Notes: generated by a model from the letters alone, not told the origin. A stretch of DNA of 63,881 nt, filler included, from Piptocephalis cylindrospora (GCA_003614145.1; 8 parts of 8 records of this genome joined end to end with filler, not necessarily neighbours in it), one strand, 5' to 3'. Numbered from the whole stretch's first letter, positions 21,294-34,138 are shown. Numbers and translations are program-made.

Positions 21294-22739
21294 TTAATGA
21301 GCCGCTGCTCCGCCGACCACTCCGCCCATCCACTTGACTTTGGTGGCCCAATCCTCGGCCCTTTCCACGGTCTCACGGAAGATGGCCCAGACGGCTTTGA
21401 GCATGGCCAGGTTCTCGCCGGTGAAGATGAGGAGACGGTGGCTGGCATCGACATGCTGAATCTGATGATCTCCCTGACCCTCCCCGGTCATCTCCTCCTC
21501 CAGGGAGGCCCATCGACCGGGAAAGTCGAGGATAAAGTGCCGGACCGAGTCCCTGGCCTCGCCGGGAAGACAGGCCCCGGCGTATTGGCCGAGGATACCG
21601 ACGACCTTTCGGATGGTCTCCACCACCTCCTCCCTAATCCTACCGAGGCCCTGGGAATGGAAAGGGGGTGGAGGGGAGGAGGGGTCCTCCATGATGGTGT
21701 CTGCGGAGGAGGGAGGAGAGGAGGAGGAGGAAGGGGAGGAAGAGGAGGAGGAGGAGGAGGGGGAAGAGGAAGCAAAGAGTTGATGTAGCAATCGGACCTG
21801 TTCCTCCAAGTGCCTTACGGCATAGGCAAGCCATTCGAGACAGTAGCGAAGATGACGCATGCCTTCCTCGGAAAGAGCAGCCATGCCAGCACTGGTCCTA
21901 CTCCCGGCTCCCACCAGTACCTGTTGCCATCTGGAGGCGGCGTAGGGGGCGGGGGGATGTGGACGGAAGGGTTCGGGGTCAGCCTGAACTCGTACCACGG
22001 CACCTTCATCTTGCGGATGAGGGGGATGAGAGGGGTGGGAGATGTGACCGTGAAGTCCGCTGATCCCCTCATCATCCATCTCCATCCTCCCTCTTCCCTG
22101 ATGAATGGGAGGACCACCACCACCACCACCACCACCGCCCTCCTCGCCTTCCTCCTCCCCACCGGCGCCGAGACCAGGGTAGACTCGACCAAGACGATCG
22201 AGCTGACGACAGGCAAATTCATCCAAGGCGTCCCTTCTCCGTTCGTCGACGACGGCGTGGAGGACGGGGACGGAGACGCGTCTCACGCTGGATTCCACCA
22301 TTTCAGCTCCGTACTTGAGCATGGTGGAGGAGGCCTTGGAAGACTCGTAGACTCTGAGGGCGCTATTGACCAAGGGCAGGGCCGAGACACGATGGACAAA
22401 GCCATCCGAGATATCCATCTCATCCATCTTTTCCTGATGGAAGCTACCCTCCACGACCGAGGGAGAGGGATGAGGAGGTGGGGATTTCAGGTGAGAAAGG
22501 GCCTTGATGGCCACATACTCCTCTTCGGTCAAGGGGGTAGAAGTAGCTGGGTGGGGGAAGGAGGGATGAGGGAATTTCTGGGGATAGGCAGACATGTCCC
22601 GATCCGCCATGGTGGTGGTAGTGGTGGTGGTGGTGGTGGTGGTGGGGATGGGGGGGGAGGGATCATTGGTCGGGGAACACAGTTGGGAAATGGACATGGG
22701 TGAGGGCCTTTGGGCCTCCATACCTTCTTGAGGAGGCAT
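21294..22739 (-). CDS. OPI1: Opi1-family transcriptional regulator
   Basis: LPLVNSALRVYESSK..KYGAEMVES, FACRQLDRL, SRWQQVL, LRYCLEWL, VVETIRKVV..YAGACLP..VRHFILDFPGRW, ETVERAEDW. Confidence 0.9.
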   Translation of the reverse strand: MPPQEGMEAQRPSPMSISQLCSPTNDPSPPIPTTTTTTTTTTTMADRDMSAYPQKFPHPSFPHPATSTPLTEEEYVAIKALSHLKSPPPHPSPSVVEGSFHQEKMDEMDISDGFVHRVSALPLVNSALRVYESSKASSTMLKYGAEMVESSVRRVSVPVLHAVVDERRRDALDEFACRQLDRLGRVYPGLGAGGEEEGEEGGGGGGGGGPPIHQGRGRMEMDDEGISGLHGHISHPSHPPHPQDEGAVVRVQADPEPFRPHPPAPYAASRWQQVLVGAGSRTSAGMAALSEEGMRHLRYCLEWLAYAVRHLEEQVRLLHQLFASSSPSSSSSSSSPSSSSSPPSSADTIMEDPSSPPPPFHSQGLGRIREEVVETIRKVVGILGQYAGACLPGEARDSVRHFILDFPGRWASLEEEMTGEGQGDHQIQHVDASHRLLIFTGENLAMLKAVWAIFRETVERAEDWATKVKWMGGVVGGAAAH

Positions 22740-23630
22740 GAGAGGAGGAAGGGGGAGAGAGAGGGGCCAGTATCATGGCCTCCTATATTGAGCACCGTTC
22801 GTGTATCGTAAAGGGCACAGCCGTACACTCAATGACACCGGTATATTTCAATGACACCGTCATTTATTGGTACCACAGTCATTTGAGTCCAGGAAGGATT
22901 ATCTTTCTTGGACACTTGACCGGACTTTGAGTCAGGGGGAGGGGAGAGATGTTCATCCCCGGCATAACAAGACACTATACAAGCGTCCATCCTCTCCAAT
23001 TATCACGCTCAAAATCACACTGCTTCCATCCATCATCCACAAGGAACATGTGATTGCCCTCACTCTCCCCATTCTTCCCCATCCTCCAAGTGGCAGCAGG
23101 ATATGTATGTCATGAAGAGTACTCAGGTATGGATCCCCATCCATGCCACCGGAACCTAGATCTTCCTTCTCTCCATCGTCTCCCTACAAGCCAAAAATCC
23201 TCCCCTCCTCTGTCTCTCCCTGCTCATGTCGAGGCTCTTGGAGGGAGTGGACGGTGTGAGTAGGATGAGACAAGTCCTTGCAGGGTAAACCGAGTCGGAG
23301 CTTCATACTCCCCCCTGTCCTTTCCTGGTTGTCCTCGTGCATGTGTCTCTGTGTCGCTGTCTATCTCTGTGCATGTGTGTGTACCTAGCTGATTCGGAGC
23401 CCATCTCCTACCTATCGCCGCCCCGACCCCCCGGCCTCTGTGCCTCTCTCACTCATCTCTCGCGCGCGCCCTATCCAGCCACCCTCGTCCATCCAACCCT
23501 CGTGCCCCATTTCTCATATCGTCTCCTTCCCTATCGTGCATATAGAAAGCAGCACGATACACCCTCTATCCACGCAGATTACACACTTTAAGGGGCGCTG
23601 GTCTATGAAGAGGCCGCTGTCTCACCAACT

Positions 23631-23666
<36 letters not shown>

Positions 23667-24033
23667 ATCTCTCTGCCTTTCAGTCTTCACCGTCCCCTAC
23701 TACTCTCTCATTGACCGCGGCGCTCCCATCCTCTCCCTCTCATCTAGGATGGAACGGGGCAGTGCACACCAATCTCTCTACTGCACATGTGCAAAGAGAG
23801 GCGGATAAGCCTCTCCCTCTCCCTCCTACTCACCCACAAGCCACTGCCATAGCCACGCACACACACACACCTGCTCACTCACGCACACATGCACATTGAC
23901 CTGGACACCCTCTTTTCCCTATTACAAAAAGGCTCCCATTCTCGGGAAGACGTCCACTCCTCTCTCCTTCACTTCTTCTCCCCTATCCCTCTTCTCCTCT
24001 CCTCTCCTCCTCTCCCCTCCTTTCCATCCCCCT

Positions 24034-24129
24034 CCCCTTCCTCCTCTCATGCCTCCTCAAGAAGGTATGGAGGCCCAAAGGCCCTCACCCATGTCCATTT
24101 CCCAACTGTGTTCCCCGACCAATGATCCC

Positions 24130-24137
<8 letters not shown>
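24034..24137 (+). repeat. Inverted duplicate of the Opi1 5' end, followed by a poly-C tail to 24180
   Basis: ATG at 24049 begins MPPQEGMEAQRPSPMSISQLCSPTNDPS, the reverse complement of about 22650-22754. Confidence 0.92.
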
Positions 24138-24180
<43 letters not shown>

Positions 24181-24280
24181 NNNNNNNNNNNNNNNNNNNN
24201 NNNNNNNNNNNNNNNNNNNNNNNNTTAATTAATTAANNNNNNNNNNNNNNNNNNNNNNNNNNNNNNNNNNNNNNNNNNNN
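24181..24280. other. Artificial contig linker
   Basis: N44-TTAATTAATTAA-N44. Confidence 0.99.
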
Positions 24281-24417
24281 GATGCAGGATGGGAGATGTA
24301 ACACTAAAGAAAATATCTCTACACAACGTACAAGAAAAACACAAAGTGGGGAGGGTGGGGAGGGGGGGGGGGGTAGGGGGGGGGGGGGGGGGGGTGTACA
24401 AGCAGGAGGTGGGGACT

Positions 24418-26051
24418 CTACATGATGACACATCCCTCGTCGCCATCACGCCTAGAAGTGCGAGGACGGGCATAGAGGTTATGGGTACCACGAATGAGGG
24501 CAGCCTCTTCCAGGGCCACCTCCCTCTCCGATTCCTTCCGTTTCTCCTTGAGTTCCTTAGGGAAGTAAAGTTCGAGAAGGTTGAGGAGGGAGGCGTCCAT
24601 GTTATCCGCATGGGCCTGGACGACGGCCATGGGTTCTCGACACACCGGGCAATCATTCAGTTCTCTTCGCTGGGCCTTGACAAGGCATCGAACACAAAAA
24701 ACGTGGGAGCAACTTAGACGAACGGGTTTCCAGAAGAGGCCTAGAGATGGGATGAGGGTCAGAGATATGGTAGGAAGGGATAGGGACGCTGACGCAAGGA
24801 AAACTTACTATAGCACACGGGACATAGATAATCGTCCAGCTGGGGAACAATGGGGATAATACGATCGGAGATGGTGGCAGCAATGGTACGGGCGACATCC
24901 TGCACAGAAAAGGAGTCTGCGAGAAGGAGGTTGGGAAAGGTAATTTGGGCCTGGAGATGAGTGCGTTTATCATGCTTCTTGAGGATTTTGCGCATGGCCA
25001 CGGCATTCAGTTCTTGGAAACGCTTAACGGTGACGAGTTCCTCGACCATCTGGACAAAGTGGATGTAAGCATCGCGGGAGGCGGCTAGGCGAAGAGACTG
25101 AACGGTACCAATTTGGAGGAGGTGATGACGCAACTGGTGGAAGGCGCGGAGGGCTTCTGGGGCGGATCTTTCCCGTCTGCCCTCGGAGGTATCCTCCATC
25201 CAAATGTCGGTCTCGAGGAAGGTCCGGATGATCTCCCTCCATACGTACATGTCCTTATCTTTGGGGGAGGCAGCAATGGTTAGGGTCCTGGCCAGGGAGT
25301 CGACTCGATCAACGAATTTTGCCTTGGTCCGATCGCAAAAGGCGTCAGCATCGTGGATTTGGGAGTGCAGGGAGGAGAAGAACTCGGCATCTTGCTCTAA
25401 TGGAACCATGACTTCATCCTCTTCATCCTCCTCTCGACGACTAATCTCTTCAATGGGAGAATTATTGACAGTCTCTGAAGACTGGGTGGTAGAAGAGAGG
25501 ATTTGCTCCTTTTCCTCATTCTTGGACTGCTTGGATGGTCGCTCCAATAGATCATCCTCATCTCGCTTCAATATTTCCTTCTTCTTCTCTTCCTGTTCCT
25601 CCTCAGCCTCCTCTTCGTCAATCAAAGTGGGTTCAGGACTGGATGGAGAGGAGGAGGATGGGGAATTGGCCTCGACATCAGCATTGGGGAGGAGCATGGG
25701 CTTGGAGTGAATTGGGGTGGAGGGGACGGAGAGACTTGCAAAGGGCTGAGAAAGATTGCCATCGGCACTTTGGATCCGTAGAGTGACAATCAATTCGCCA
25801 TCTACTTCCTCCAGGGAATAGAGGGCGCCACCACCGACGGCATGGTCGGTACCCACACCAGAAGAGTCCATACTGACGGCACAGTCTAGGGCAGCCTGGA
25901 CCTCGCCCGGACCAAGGTGCAGGCCCTTAGCTTCGAGCTCAGAGACTACAGCACGGATTTGCTTTTTTAAGTCTTTGTACCGAAGGACATATTGTCTCCA
26001 ATCCTCTGGGAGATCCCGGAGGTCCATTTCCAAGGATTTACCAAATTTCAT
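24418..26051 (-). CDS. SPX-RING E3 ubiquitin ligase (Pqr1/NLA-like)
   Basis: MKFGK..YKDLKK and LNAVAMRKILKKHDK (SPX). Intron 24808-24741, then CPVC..KPVRLSCSHVFCVRC..CPVCR (RING-HC) and LELYFPKE. Confidence 0.92.
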
Positions 26052-29000
26052 TGTGGTGGGATGGAGAGGAGGGAGGAGGGGGGAGGATCCTGTAAATAGG
26101 AGGATCAGACGAGATGGAGTGCAATAGGATGGGAAAAAAAAGGAAAGAGAGAGAGAGGAAGGTGATGGTGAAAAGAAAGATACGCCGAATGAAGAGTAAG
26201 ATGGGGTGAGCTTTATATCGGCCAACCTCGTGTACGGGTGTGAGTGTGTTGCATGGGAGCAGAACAGGGTAAAGAAACCCTTACTCGGGTCCATGACAGG
26301 CCCCACTCACTGTTCCAGTGAGATGATTGTGAGGAGGAGTAGGGGGAAGCACAACCACCCTGTCCCTCACCCGAGTGGTTCGCCCACGCTGCTCTCCTTC
26401 AGCTCATGGAATGATCTGTGTGTGTGTGTGAGAGGGGGGGAGAAAGTATCAATGGAAGGGGCGTGGTTGCAGGCCCACCGCTCCTCATGGGCAGTGTAAC
26501 GGAGGAGGGTACTGGGCAGTAGATAGGGGGGTGGTGGGGTATTATTATTACAGTCAGAGCCCCTCTTTTCCACTTGCTGTCAATGACACACAAAAACGAT
26601 TTAACAATCCAAAAAAAGCCGTATCTCATCAAGCCAAAAACGAGCTACAAGCCCGTATGACCTCATTCGAAGTGTGCGCCTCCCTTCTATAATTAAGTAA
26701 CCATTGGGACTATGGGCGAAGCCGTATCGCACAAAAGGGGGGCTACACTACCCCTTGTACCTTTCCCCCCCACCATTGAAGGACTAGTATAACAGGGAGG
26801 GGGAGAAAAGGGGCAATTTATTAGCCAGTAAGACGGACTTAGTATAACAGGGAGAATGTAAATATGAGAGACAAAAACAACATGAAAAATCGCCGTTTTT
26901 GAAATGATTTTCTTCTTATATACCTCATGCAAGAAAAGCCCATAATATTTCGTATGTTTCCCAGGCCACCTAAATCGGAAAAAACATATTGTTGACAGCA
27001 ATTGGACAGTCAGCTGACAAGAAGTTACATTTTATATTTACGATGAATTGAACTGAAAACGAACAAGGCTATTTTAAACAGCATGAGCGTTGTTCATTAG
27101 AAGTATACAGATGGGGATTAAATTTGACATGATGAATGGATAGGCAGATGGTTAGGGATACTGATCAATGGAGCCATCAAGCGTAAGGCTCAAAGAGTAT
27201 AGGACCGGACAGAACAGGGAGATAAGATGTCTCTTCCCCCCTTGCACTTCCTCATCATCCCCTCCCCTTGTCCCTGGGTCCACAGACTTCCTGGCCCTCC
27301 ACCCCTCCGCCCACCGATCATTAGGCACATTCGCTCACGCGATCACACACATATTCAATAGGTGTCTCTTCATTTGTTGCCCCCCCCCCCCCCCCCCCCC
27401 CTTCACCCTCACACCTACCAATATGGTTTGGATTGCCTTCTCACTGGTAAGATAGGAGGGCTATGTTTGAAAGAAGCCAGGATTCCTTGTACTCTTATAA
27501 CGGCTAATCAGTGCATTATCTTACTATTTAGGTGTATTCATCACAGAGGAAAACTGTGTATCTGGAACGAGGTCATTCTTGTTTATCAATCCCGGTTGGC
27601 GGATGAACCATATTATGCTGGGTAATTTTGCTTAAATCGTTGGATCACTGCGAGGCGTTCTACCCCCCTCTCCCCTTCCCTTCTCTTTTCTATTTGAACC
27701 TTATGGTCATGCATAGAGACACGACGGATGAATTGTTCCCACTCTTTTTCTTGGCTCGAATGGTGTATCTCTATGCACCCGCATAGAGGCTGGAGAACCT
27801 AGAGAGAATTTTAGAGGCGCAGGAAGGGTGGTGGGTCAGAAGACCAGAAGCAATGTATGCTGATGCACTCTTTCCCGCTCCGCTCTTTTGCCCCCACAGA
27901 AAGAAAACTCGATTTGCACACATCCGCACAATTATCCATAATTTAAACAAGGTCCCTTTGGCCACTACACATTGTTGAGCTAGACGTCGTTAGAGGTTTG
28001 CCTAATCTCCTGATTATTGGATGCACATCCTGGTGCATTCATTGAGATGGTTTGCGGATTGTGTCTAGTTCATTCGAGATGATAGCTCGATCGGATTAAA
28101 AGTATAAAGTACGAATTTTGGTTCGAATGTTGATGGGACCTAGGAAAAGGGCAGTGCTTCAAAGAGGAAATACGGAGGGGGTTAAAAGAATATAGAGAAG
28201 GGATCGAAAACCCTATTGAGCTGGAAGGGGTGGTGAAATGATGAGGAGGTCCTTACCTTTCTGAGGCTGATGTGTGAACATTTTAGCAAAGGGAGATCAT
28301 TCTGATTTTTCCCAGTATATTTTCGCTACTTGTGATAATGGCTGTTGAGTCGAGTGTGGTGAAGGGCAGAAGGATATGGACTAGACTAGCGGATCGTATG
28401 GGTAAAGAAGCATACCGGTGTTACAGGATGGGCATTGTCACTAAGAGCACACCCTCATTGGAATACCCGACCGTGGAAGAGGTGAGAGGCTCATGCAACT
28501 CACTCCCCGCCGCATGGATGATGCATCCATTCTTACCCAGCTGATCACCCCTGATGGGTAGGGCCTCCTTGTCCTGCAGCTAAGGCACGATCTTCCGGTA
28601 TAGGGGGGATACGGCTCAAGACTCATGTGCTTGCTTGAGCTTTTCCCATGCTATATTCAGAGCGAGCGCCTCTGTCCTAGACCAGGCCACATGGACGGTA
28701 CCGTATGCCTTTCGATAAATTACCCTTCTCGAGTCTGGGTCAGACAGTGGTAGAAATATATGTGAGGGCTGTTCATGGTCTATTAGAGCACCTTTCCTCC
28801 TACTCGGTTTAGAATTGGCAAGAAATCACGCATGCTGGATGAAGTGAATGCGTCAAGGGAAAGGGTGTGCAAATGGCACTGCTCAACTCAGTTTATGACA
28901 AGACTGAGTGGGGGAGGGGGGATGAGAGAGACACGACTGCTATCTTCACCATACATCTTCATACCAGGGGTGAAATGCGGCCCCAATTCCCACTCCCACA

Positions 29001-29563
29001 CACACCCACACGCCCCTCGTCTCGTGCTCATGTGCTAGGGTCTTCCTCCCTTGCCCTGCAGGATTTCCACGGACGGAGTACGAATAGGGGAAAGGAAGGA
29101 TAGAAAAAGAGAGGGAGTGGGCGACACGCCCGCACACCAGTTGACGAAGCACAGGGATGAACCCTGCTTTCCCGCTCACTGCTTCAGCATCGTATCGGTG
29201 TGCAACCCCAAACCCATTCAGTGATGGCGCCCTTTTCTCCCCGCAAAAGCCTTACAGCCTCCCCCAGGAGTAGGAGGGAGATAGACAGCTGCCACACATG
29301 AGCGCCCCGCATCTACTTAAACGGCCTCATTTCTGCTCTAAACCCTTCCTTCCCGCACTTTTTCAATCCCCGTATCTTTTTCCTTCCTCTCTCCCCCTCT
29401 TTTCCTCTTTTATCACCCGCCTCTTCAACCCTCTCTTACCTCCTACTCCCCCCTGCTTTCTTTTTAGCCAATCTTCTACCCTCCCCATCTACCCTATACC
29501 TCTGCGCGTCCCTACTACTACTCCCCATTTAATCCCCCCCCTCATATACCCTCCACCATCACT

Positions 29564-30130
29564 ATGCAATTCTCCGTCTCTGCCATCCTCGCTTGCACCT
29601 TGGCCTCTGTGCCTGCTGTCCTTGGTGCATTCACCATCAACAGTCCCGTTGATGCGACCGTGTGGACTGTTGGGAAGCGCGAGACCATCACCTGGATCCC
29701 CGCTGATGGTGGCTTCGATTCCAGCGCCACCTGGCCTGTTTCCGTCATGTTCGGTAACCACAGCGCCCTCACTATGGCTGGCACCGTTGGCCAAGCCAAG
29801 GAGACCGATGGTACCTTCTCCTTCACCGTCCCCACCTCCTGGGGTAACTCCAAGGATTACGCCGTCCGCATCGGTAACCCCTACTCTCACTACTTTACCA
29901 TCCAAGGCAGTGATAAGGACGCCGTTGTCCCCACCTCCACCACCTCCTCCTCCACCACTTCCTCCACCCCCACCTCCTCCTCCTCCTCCACCCCCTCCTC
30001 CACCTCCTCCTCTAAACCCACCTCCTCCGACCCCCAGGCCGCTGCCTCCAACATGTCCCCTCAGGGTGTCTCGGCTGGTAGTGTCGTTGCCTTTGTCCCC
30101 TTTGCCCTTCTTGCCCTTTCTTGGTTTTAA
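29564..30130 (+). CDS. Ser/Thr-rich GPI-anchored cell-surface protein (Kre9/Knh1-like N-terminal domain)
   Basis: Signal peptide, INSP..TVWTVGK..ITW..FTVP..YSHYFTI, Ser/Thr stalk, hydrophobic C-terminus. Confidence 0.88.
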   Translation: MQFSVSAILACTLASVPAVLGAFTINSPVDATVWTVGKRETITWIPADGGFDSSATWPVSVMFGNHSALTMAGTVGQAKETDGTFSFTVPTSWGNSKDYAVRIGNPYSHYFTIQGSDKDAVVPTSTTSSSTTSSTPTSSSSSTPSSTSSSKPTSSDPQAAASNMSPQGVSAGSVVAFVPFALLALSWF

Positions 30131-30653
30131 TGGACTAGTGTGATGGGAGCGCTCCATTCTTCCATGGATTGCGCTTCCCTTGTGTATGAAGTGCAATACT
30201 AATCATCCTGGTTGGTCGGTGGCTCATACACACCACACGCCTCTTTTTTCTTCATTATTTATATGTACCGTTGAATGTTGAGCGTGAGGCTCTAGATGAT
30301 TGCGTGAATCTAGTCTATCTTTACACGTGACTTTTGTTATATATGAACGGTTGTCGCACACATATTCATCGCGTCTCTAGACAAGGAGGCACATGAGCCA
30401 AGTGCGTGAGAAGCGTGCCCAACCCTCCTCATCCTCCCCTCCCCCTTCAAGTCGCGCCGGGTCGCGTTTCATCGCGTCAACAAAGCAACATAAAAGGAAA
30501 AGGTTGCAGTAAGCGGCGTTTGTCATTCATCCTTTGTCCCTTTCTCCTTTTCTCCACCTAGAGCGCTCCACTGCTAATAAAGTATACAATCATCTGGGCT
30601 TGCCTTGCATATGGCGCCGTCCAGATAAAAGGGCCCTCCTATAGCACTCATGA

Positions 30654-31904
30654 TCATACATAATCCAGCCCCTCCTCCTCTCCATCCTCTATCGCCACAC
30701 CCTCTTCTTCCTCCGTCTCCTCGCCCAGAGTGGAAGAGTTGACAAGGAAAAAGCCAAGGAGGACAAGGATTGCACCGATCCAATATCCTACTCCTGGGAC
30801 CACTCCCTTTCTCACCATATCCCCCACCAAGGCTAAGGGGATGGTGAGGGAGAGTCCCAGAGTCACGACCAAGGGTGAGGTCATGAGCATGGCCAAAAGC
30901 CAAAGGTAATCGGAGAGAAAGGTCCCAACCAGGGCATTGGCCAGGAGCATGATCCAGACAAGGGAGGTCGAGGGCAACTCAAAAGTTTCCACTCCGGTGT
31001 AGTGAAAGATGAAAAAGATGGGCCAGAGGAGGACGAGATTAAACAGCCCGACAAACCCGAGAAACATTTGTGGATCCACTCGTCGTTCATCCCGCAAGTC
31101 TCGCTTAAGGAACGTGGCATAGGCTCCATAGAAGAAGGCCCCCGAGAGGGCCAAGAGATCCCCGAGTATGGTAGGCGGTAAGGCGTGAGACGGGGGTGGG
31201 ATGGCCGGTTGGGCCGGGGGAGTCAAAGAATTCAAGAGGTGAGTGGGTGGGTTTGCCAGAGGCTGGACCTCCATGGGATGAGGTGCAAGATCAGCGTAAG
31301 TGACGAGACACACGCCAAAAATGGAAGCCAAAACGGCCAGAAGCTTGAACGAGCTAAACCGCTCCACCCCGACCCCGACCCCGAGGATCAGGGTAAAAAG
31401 GGCCGAAGTAGAGGAGATGATGGTAGAGGAGGCGACAGAAGTGTAGGCCAAGGCCGCATTGAGGGTCCAATTGGCCGCAAACCAAAGGATACAAAAGGAC
31501 AGGCTTGCCCTGGCCGTCCGGCCCAAGGAAAGAGGCTCAAGTGACACGGTGGGGCTGGAAGGACGTAAAGGGGTGACTGCCCCGGATGCCGAACTGGCCG
31601 TGGTGGTTCTATGTGCAGGCTTGGGCCGGGCTAGGGTGGACGTCAAGGGCGGCATCAAGGCCTGGCCCTCCCCTTCCACCTCTCTGCCCGACCTCCTTTG
31701 TGTCCCTGTCACCAAGGACCGAAGCACATACGGAAGAAGATAGAGGGAAAAGGTGGAGGTGTTGAGGAAAGTGAGGAAGAAGGGTTTGTTGAAGGAATGG
31801 TCGAGAAAGATGTAGCTGATGGCGTACGATGAGCTTGTCCAAAGCACGACCACACCTAATAACGCCATTAATCCCAAAGCATACCGACGACTGGGCCGTC
31901 CCAT
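30654..31904 (-). CDS. DMT/EamA transporter, SLC35F5 / Thi74-like
   Basis: FNKPFFLTFLNTSTFSLYL, FCILWFAANW, TSVASSTIISSTSALFTL, GDLLALSGAFFYGAY, SDYLW..TSPLVVTLGLSLTIPLA. Start taken at MGRPSRRY. Confidence 0.92.
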   Translation of the reverse strand: MGRPSRRYALGLMALLGVVVLWTSSSYAISYIFLDHSFNKPFFLTFLNTSTFSLYLLPYVLRSLVTGTQRRSGREVEGEGQALMPPLTSTLARPKPAHRTTTASSASGAVTPLRPSSPTVSLEPLSLGRTARASLSFCILWFAANWTLNAALAYTSVASSTIISSTSALFTLILGVGVGVERFSSFKLLAVLASIFGVCLVTYADLAPHPMEVQPLANPPTHLLNSLTPPAQPAIPPPSHALPPTILGDLLALSGAFFYGAYATFLKRDLRDERRVDPQMFLGFVGLFNLVLLWPIFFIFHYTGVETFELPSTSLVWIMLLANALVGTFLSDYLWLLAMLMTSPLVVTLGLSLTIPLALVGDMVRKGVVPGVGYWIGAILVLLGFFLVNSSTLGEETEEEEGVAIEDGEEEGLDYV

Positions 31905-32199
31905 CTTCCGTGGTTTGTAGAAGAGAGGGGGAGGGGGGGGGGGGAATAGAGGGTAGAGGAGAGGGTGGAGAGGAAAGAGAAGTATGCAAGAAAGGAGGAT
32001 ATCAGGTGGGGATGGGGAGGCGACACGAGTTCTATCCATATCCGGTGGTCAGTTCTCCTCATATCTCAGCAAGTGAGCTTTCTCTCCATGAGCGGGTAAG
32101 GTATGCTGCGAGGACGCCCTATCCAAGACTCCGGATGTATGGGGCAGTGTGTGTGAGAGAGTGTGTGTCGGATCCGAGTGTAAGTACAAGCAAATGACT

Positions 32200-32299
32200 N
32201 NNNNNNNNNNNNNNNNNNNNNNNNNNNNNNNNNNNNNNNNNNNTTAATTAATTAANNNNNNNNNNNNNNNNNNNNNNNNNNNNNNNNNNNNNNNNNNNN
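32200..32299. other. Artificial contig linker
   Basis: N44-TTAATTAATTAA-N44. Confidence 0.99.
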
Positions 32300-32369
32300 A
32301 GGAGAGACATGTGCTACAGAGTCATTAAAAAAGGATATGCATAATTCATCCCTTACGCCCTGATTCAGC

Positions 32370-33494
32370 TTAGGTTTCGGTGACACGAAGGACGTTCATC
32401 ACCTGCTCATACACCGTAAAGACGATTCCTCCAGAAAAGACTAGGCGAGAGAGTCGCGGGGTTGCCCCACGCCAAAAGGATTTAAGCCCCTCCTCACGCA
32501 AGGTCGTGGCGAGGCACCGGATGCTACTCCCACCAAATCGCTCTTGCGCATCCACACCCTGCATCTTCGTCTTTAGCACGTCCAAGGGCATGGTCGAGTA
32601 CACTGTGATGGTCCCGGCGATCATTCCAATCACAAAGGTCTTTCCAGCAGATATTGGTGCATCAGGCGTCACCTGAACCAGCTGCTTAAGGGAACTGTAT
32701 ACCGAGAACCGCACAGCCTGATTAGCACCCTGTCGGGCCATCACTGGGATCAGTCCCCGGTAGATCCCGCGGACCCCCTCATCTTTGACCATCCTGCTCA
32801 CACCTGAGAAATAGTCATGGATGAATACTGGATGAGAGAGGGAAAGTCATGACATGCCAGACTAAAGCTACATACCTTGCACCATTCCCCCAGAGTACCT
32901 GGGGTTCTTGAGGTTGGCATCATGGATCAAGCGTGTCTTGATGGTCTCACTGGGAGTGACTACGAGGATTGCTTCGGTCATCCCTGCGCCCATACCCGCA
33001 AGCATGGCCTTGGGACCGGAGAGCCGGCCTCGATCGTCTACCAGCCAGGATTTGTACCGTTCATAGCTGACAAATCGGATAGATGCCTTGGCTGCTGTTC
33101 CTAGCACCATAGCCGATAACCCTCGGTATAGGGTAAGGATGCCCTTTTCCCGGACAGTCCAGGCCAGGCAATCCAGTGGTCCAGTGAATTTCTACACAGA
33201 GTGTTATCATAACGATTGACACAATAGATGTATTAGAGACCCGGTCGAAAAACAGAAAAGCTTCCTTCTCTCTTTTACCTTGGCCGAGTGAGCGGCATGT
33301 TGCAGCTGAAGTTGAGTCTTGACATACTCCGTAGGGTATGTGATTGTGGCCTCCACCCCCCCGGCAATTCCTCCGGCCAAAAGGGAAAATAAAGGTCTAT
33401 CTGTCTTAGCACCCTAGATGAAGAGAATGTCAGTGCTTAGGAGGAGGTGAATGGTAAGACTCAATCAGAGACGTACAGAAGCCTTGGCGGACAT
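32370..33494 (-). CDS. CTP1: Mitochondrial citrate/tricarboxylate carrier, three introns
   Basis: Three carrier signatures (YPTEYVKTQLQL, TPSETIKTRL, MPLDVLKTKMQ) plus KASIRF, RQGANQAVRF and GATPRLSRL. Confidence 0.9.
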
Positions 33495-33961
33495 TCTTGG
33501 CAAAAGGTGGTGGGGAGAAGGAGGAAAACAGGCTAAGGGAAATAAGCAGGCATCCTAGCAAAGGCATGAGGCCAGTGGTGGTCAAATGATGCCATTATTA
33601 TGGTGAACAGACAGAAGTGTGACACAATACATTCAAGCGAAAGCTGGTTGAAAGACATCCTTATCGAGGCTATACAACAAGAGCTACTCATACTTAGAGC
33701 ATTTAATTCCGGGGCTACAGAAACTACGATGGTGTTCAAAACGCCATCATATATTGCTATTATTATTAAAATCACGTTAGCTAATAACTCATGACATTTA
33801 GATTATAGTATTCAGCTGATCTGATGACCAATGACATAGTCCTGGTTATACATCCAACGGTAAGCCGTGACCGGTCAAAGGTGATGTATTTCCTACTGGG
33901 AAAACGGAAGAGTTTGGTCGAATACTAAGATAAGCAGGCGAGAAGTAGATAAACGAGACAG

Positions 33962-34138
33962 TTAATGATTGGAGTAAACTACTCCTTCGGACATATGGGC
34001 CTCCCAAGGATCATCACAAATGATGCCGTCACCCAGGGCTTGATCGGGGACCGGCGTGGCCGTGAGGACCATGGCCCCAAAAACCACAATTAGGAGGACA
34101 GAGGAGATTAAAGGAATAGAAAGAAGAGTAGAAGACAT
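33962..34138 (-). CDS. Candidate small secreted protein (58 aa, or first exon of a longer gene)
   Basis: MSSTLLSIPLISSVLLIVVFGAMVLTATPVPDQALGDGIICDDPWEAHMSEGVVYSNH*; signal-peptide-like core ending in A-TPVP. Below the ORF-track length cut-off. Confidence 0.4.
   Translation of the reverse strand: MSSTLLSIPLISSVLLIVVFGAMVLTATPVPDQALGDGIICDDPWEAHMSEGVVYSNH

Noticed and set aside
21000..22703. Long antisense ORFs over real genes (also 40401-41180, 58290-59144, 29298-30196)
   Set aside because: Shadow frames caused by GC-rich codon usage in the true genes.
27420..27786. Splice-like signals suggesting a small three-exon gene
   Set aside because: I could not assemble a convincing start-to-stop frame with a recognisable product.
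28083..28129. A-box/B-box-like motifs (TAGCTCGATCGG..GGTTCGAAT) suggesting a tRNA
   Set aside because: Spacing is too short and no acceptor or anticodon stem forms.
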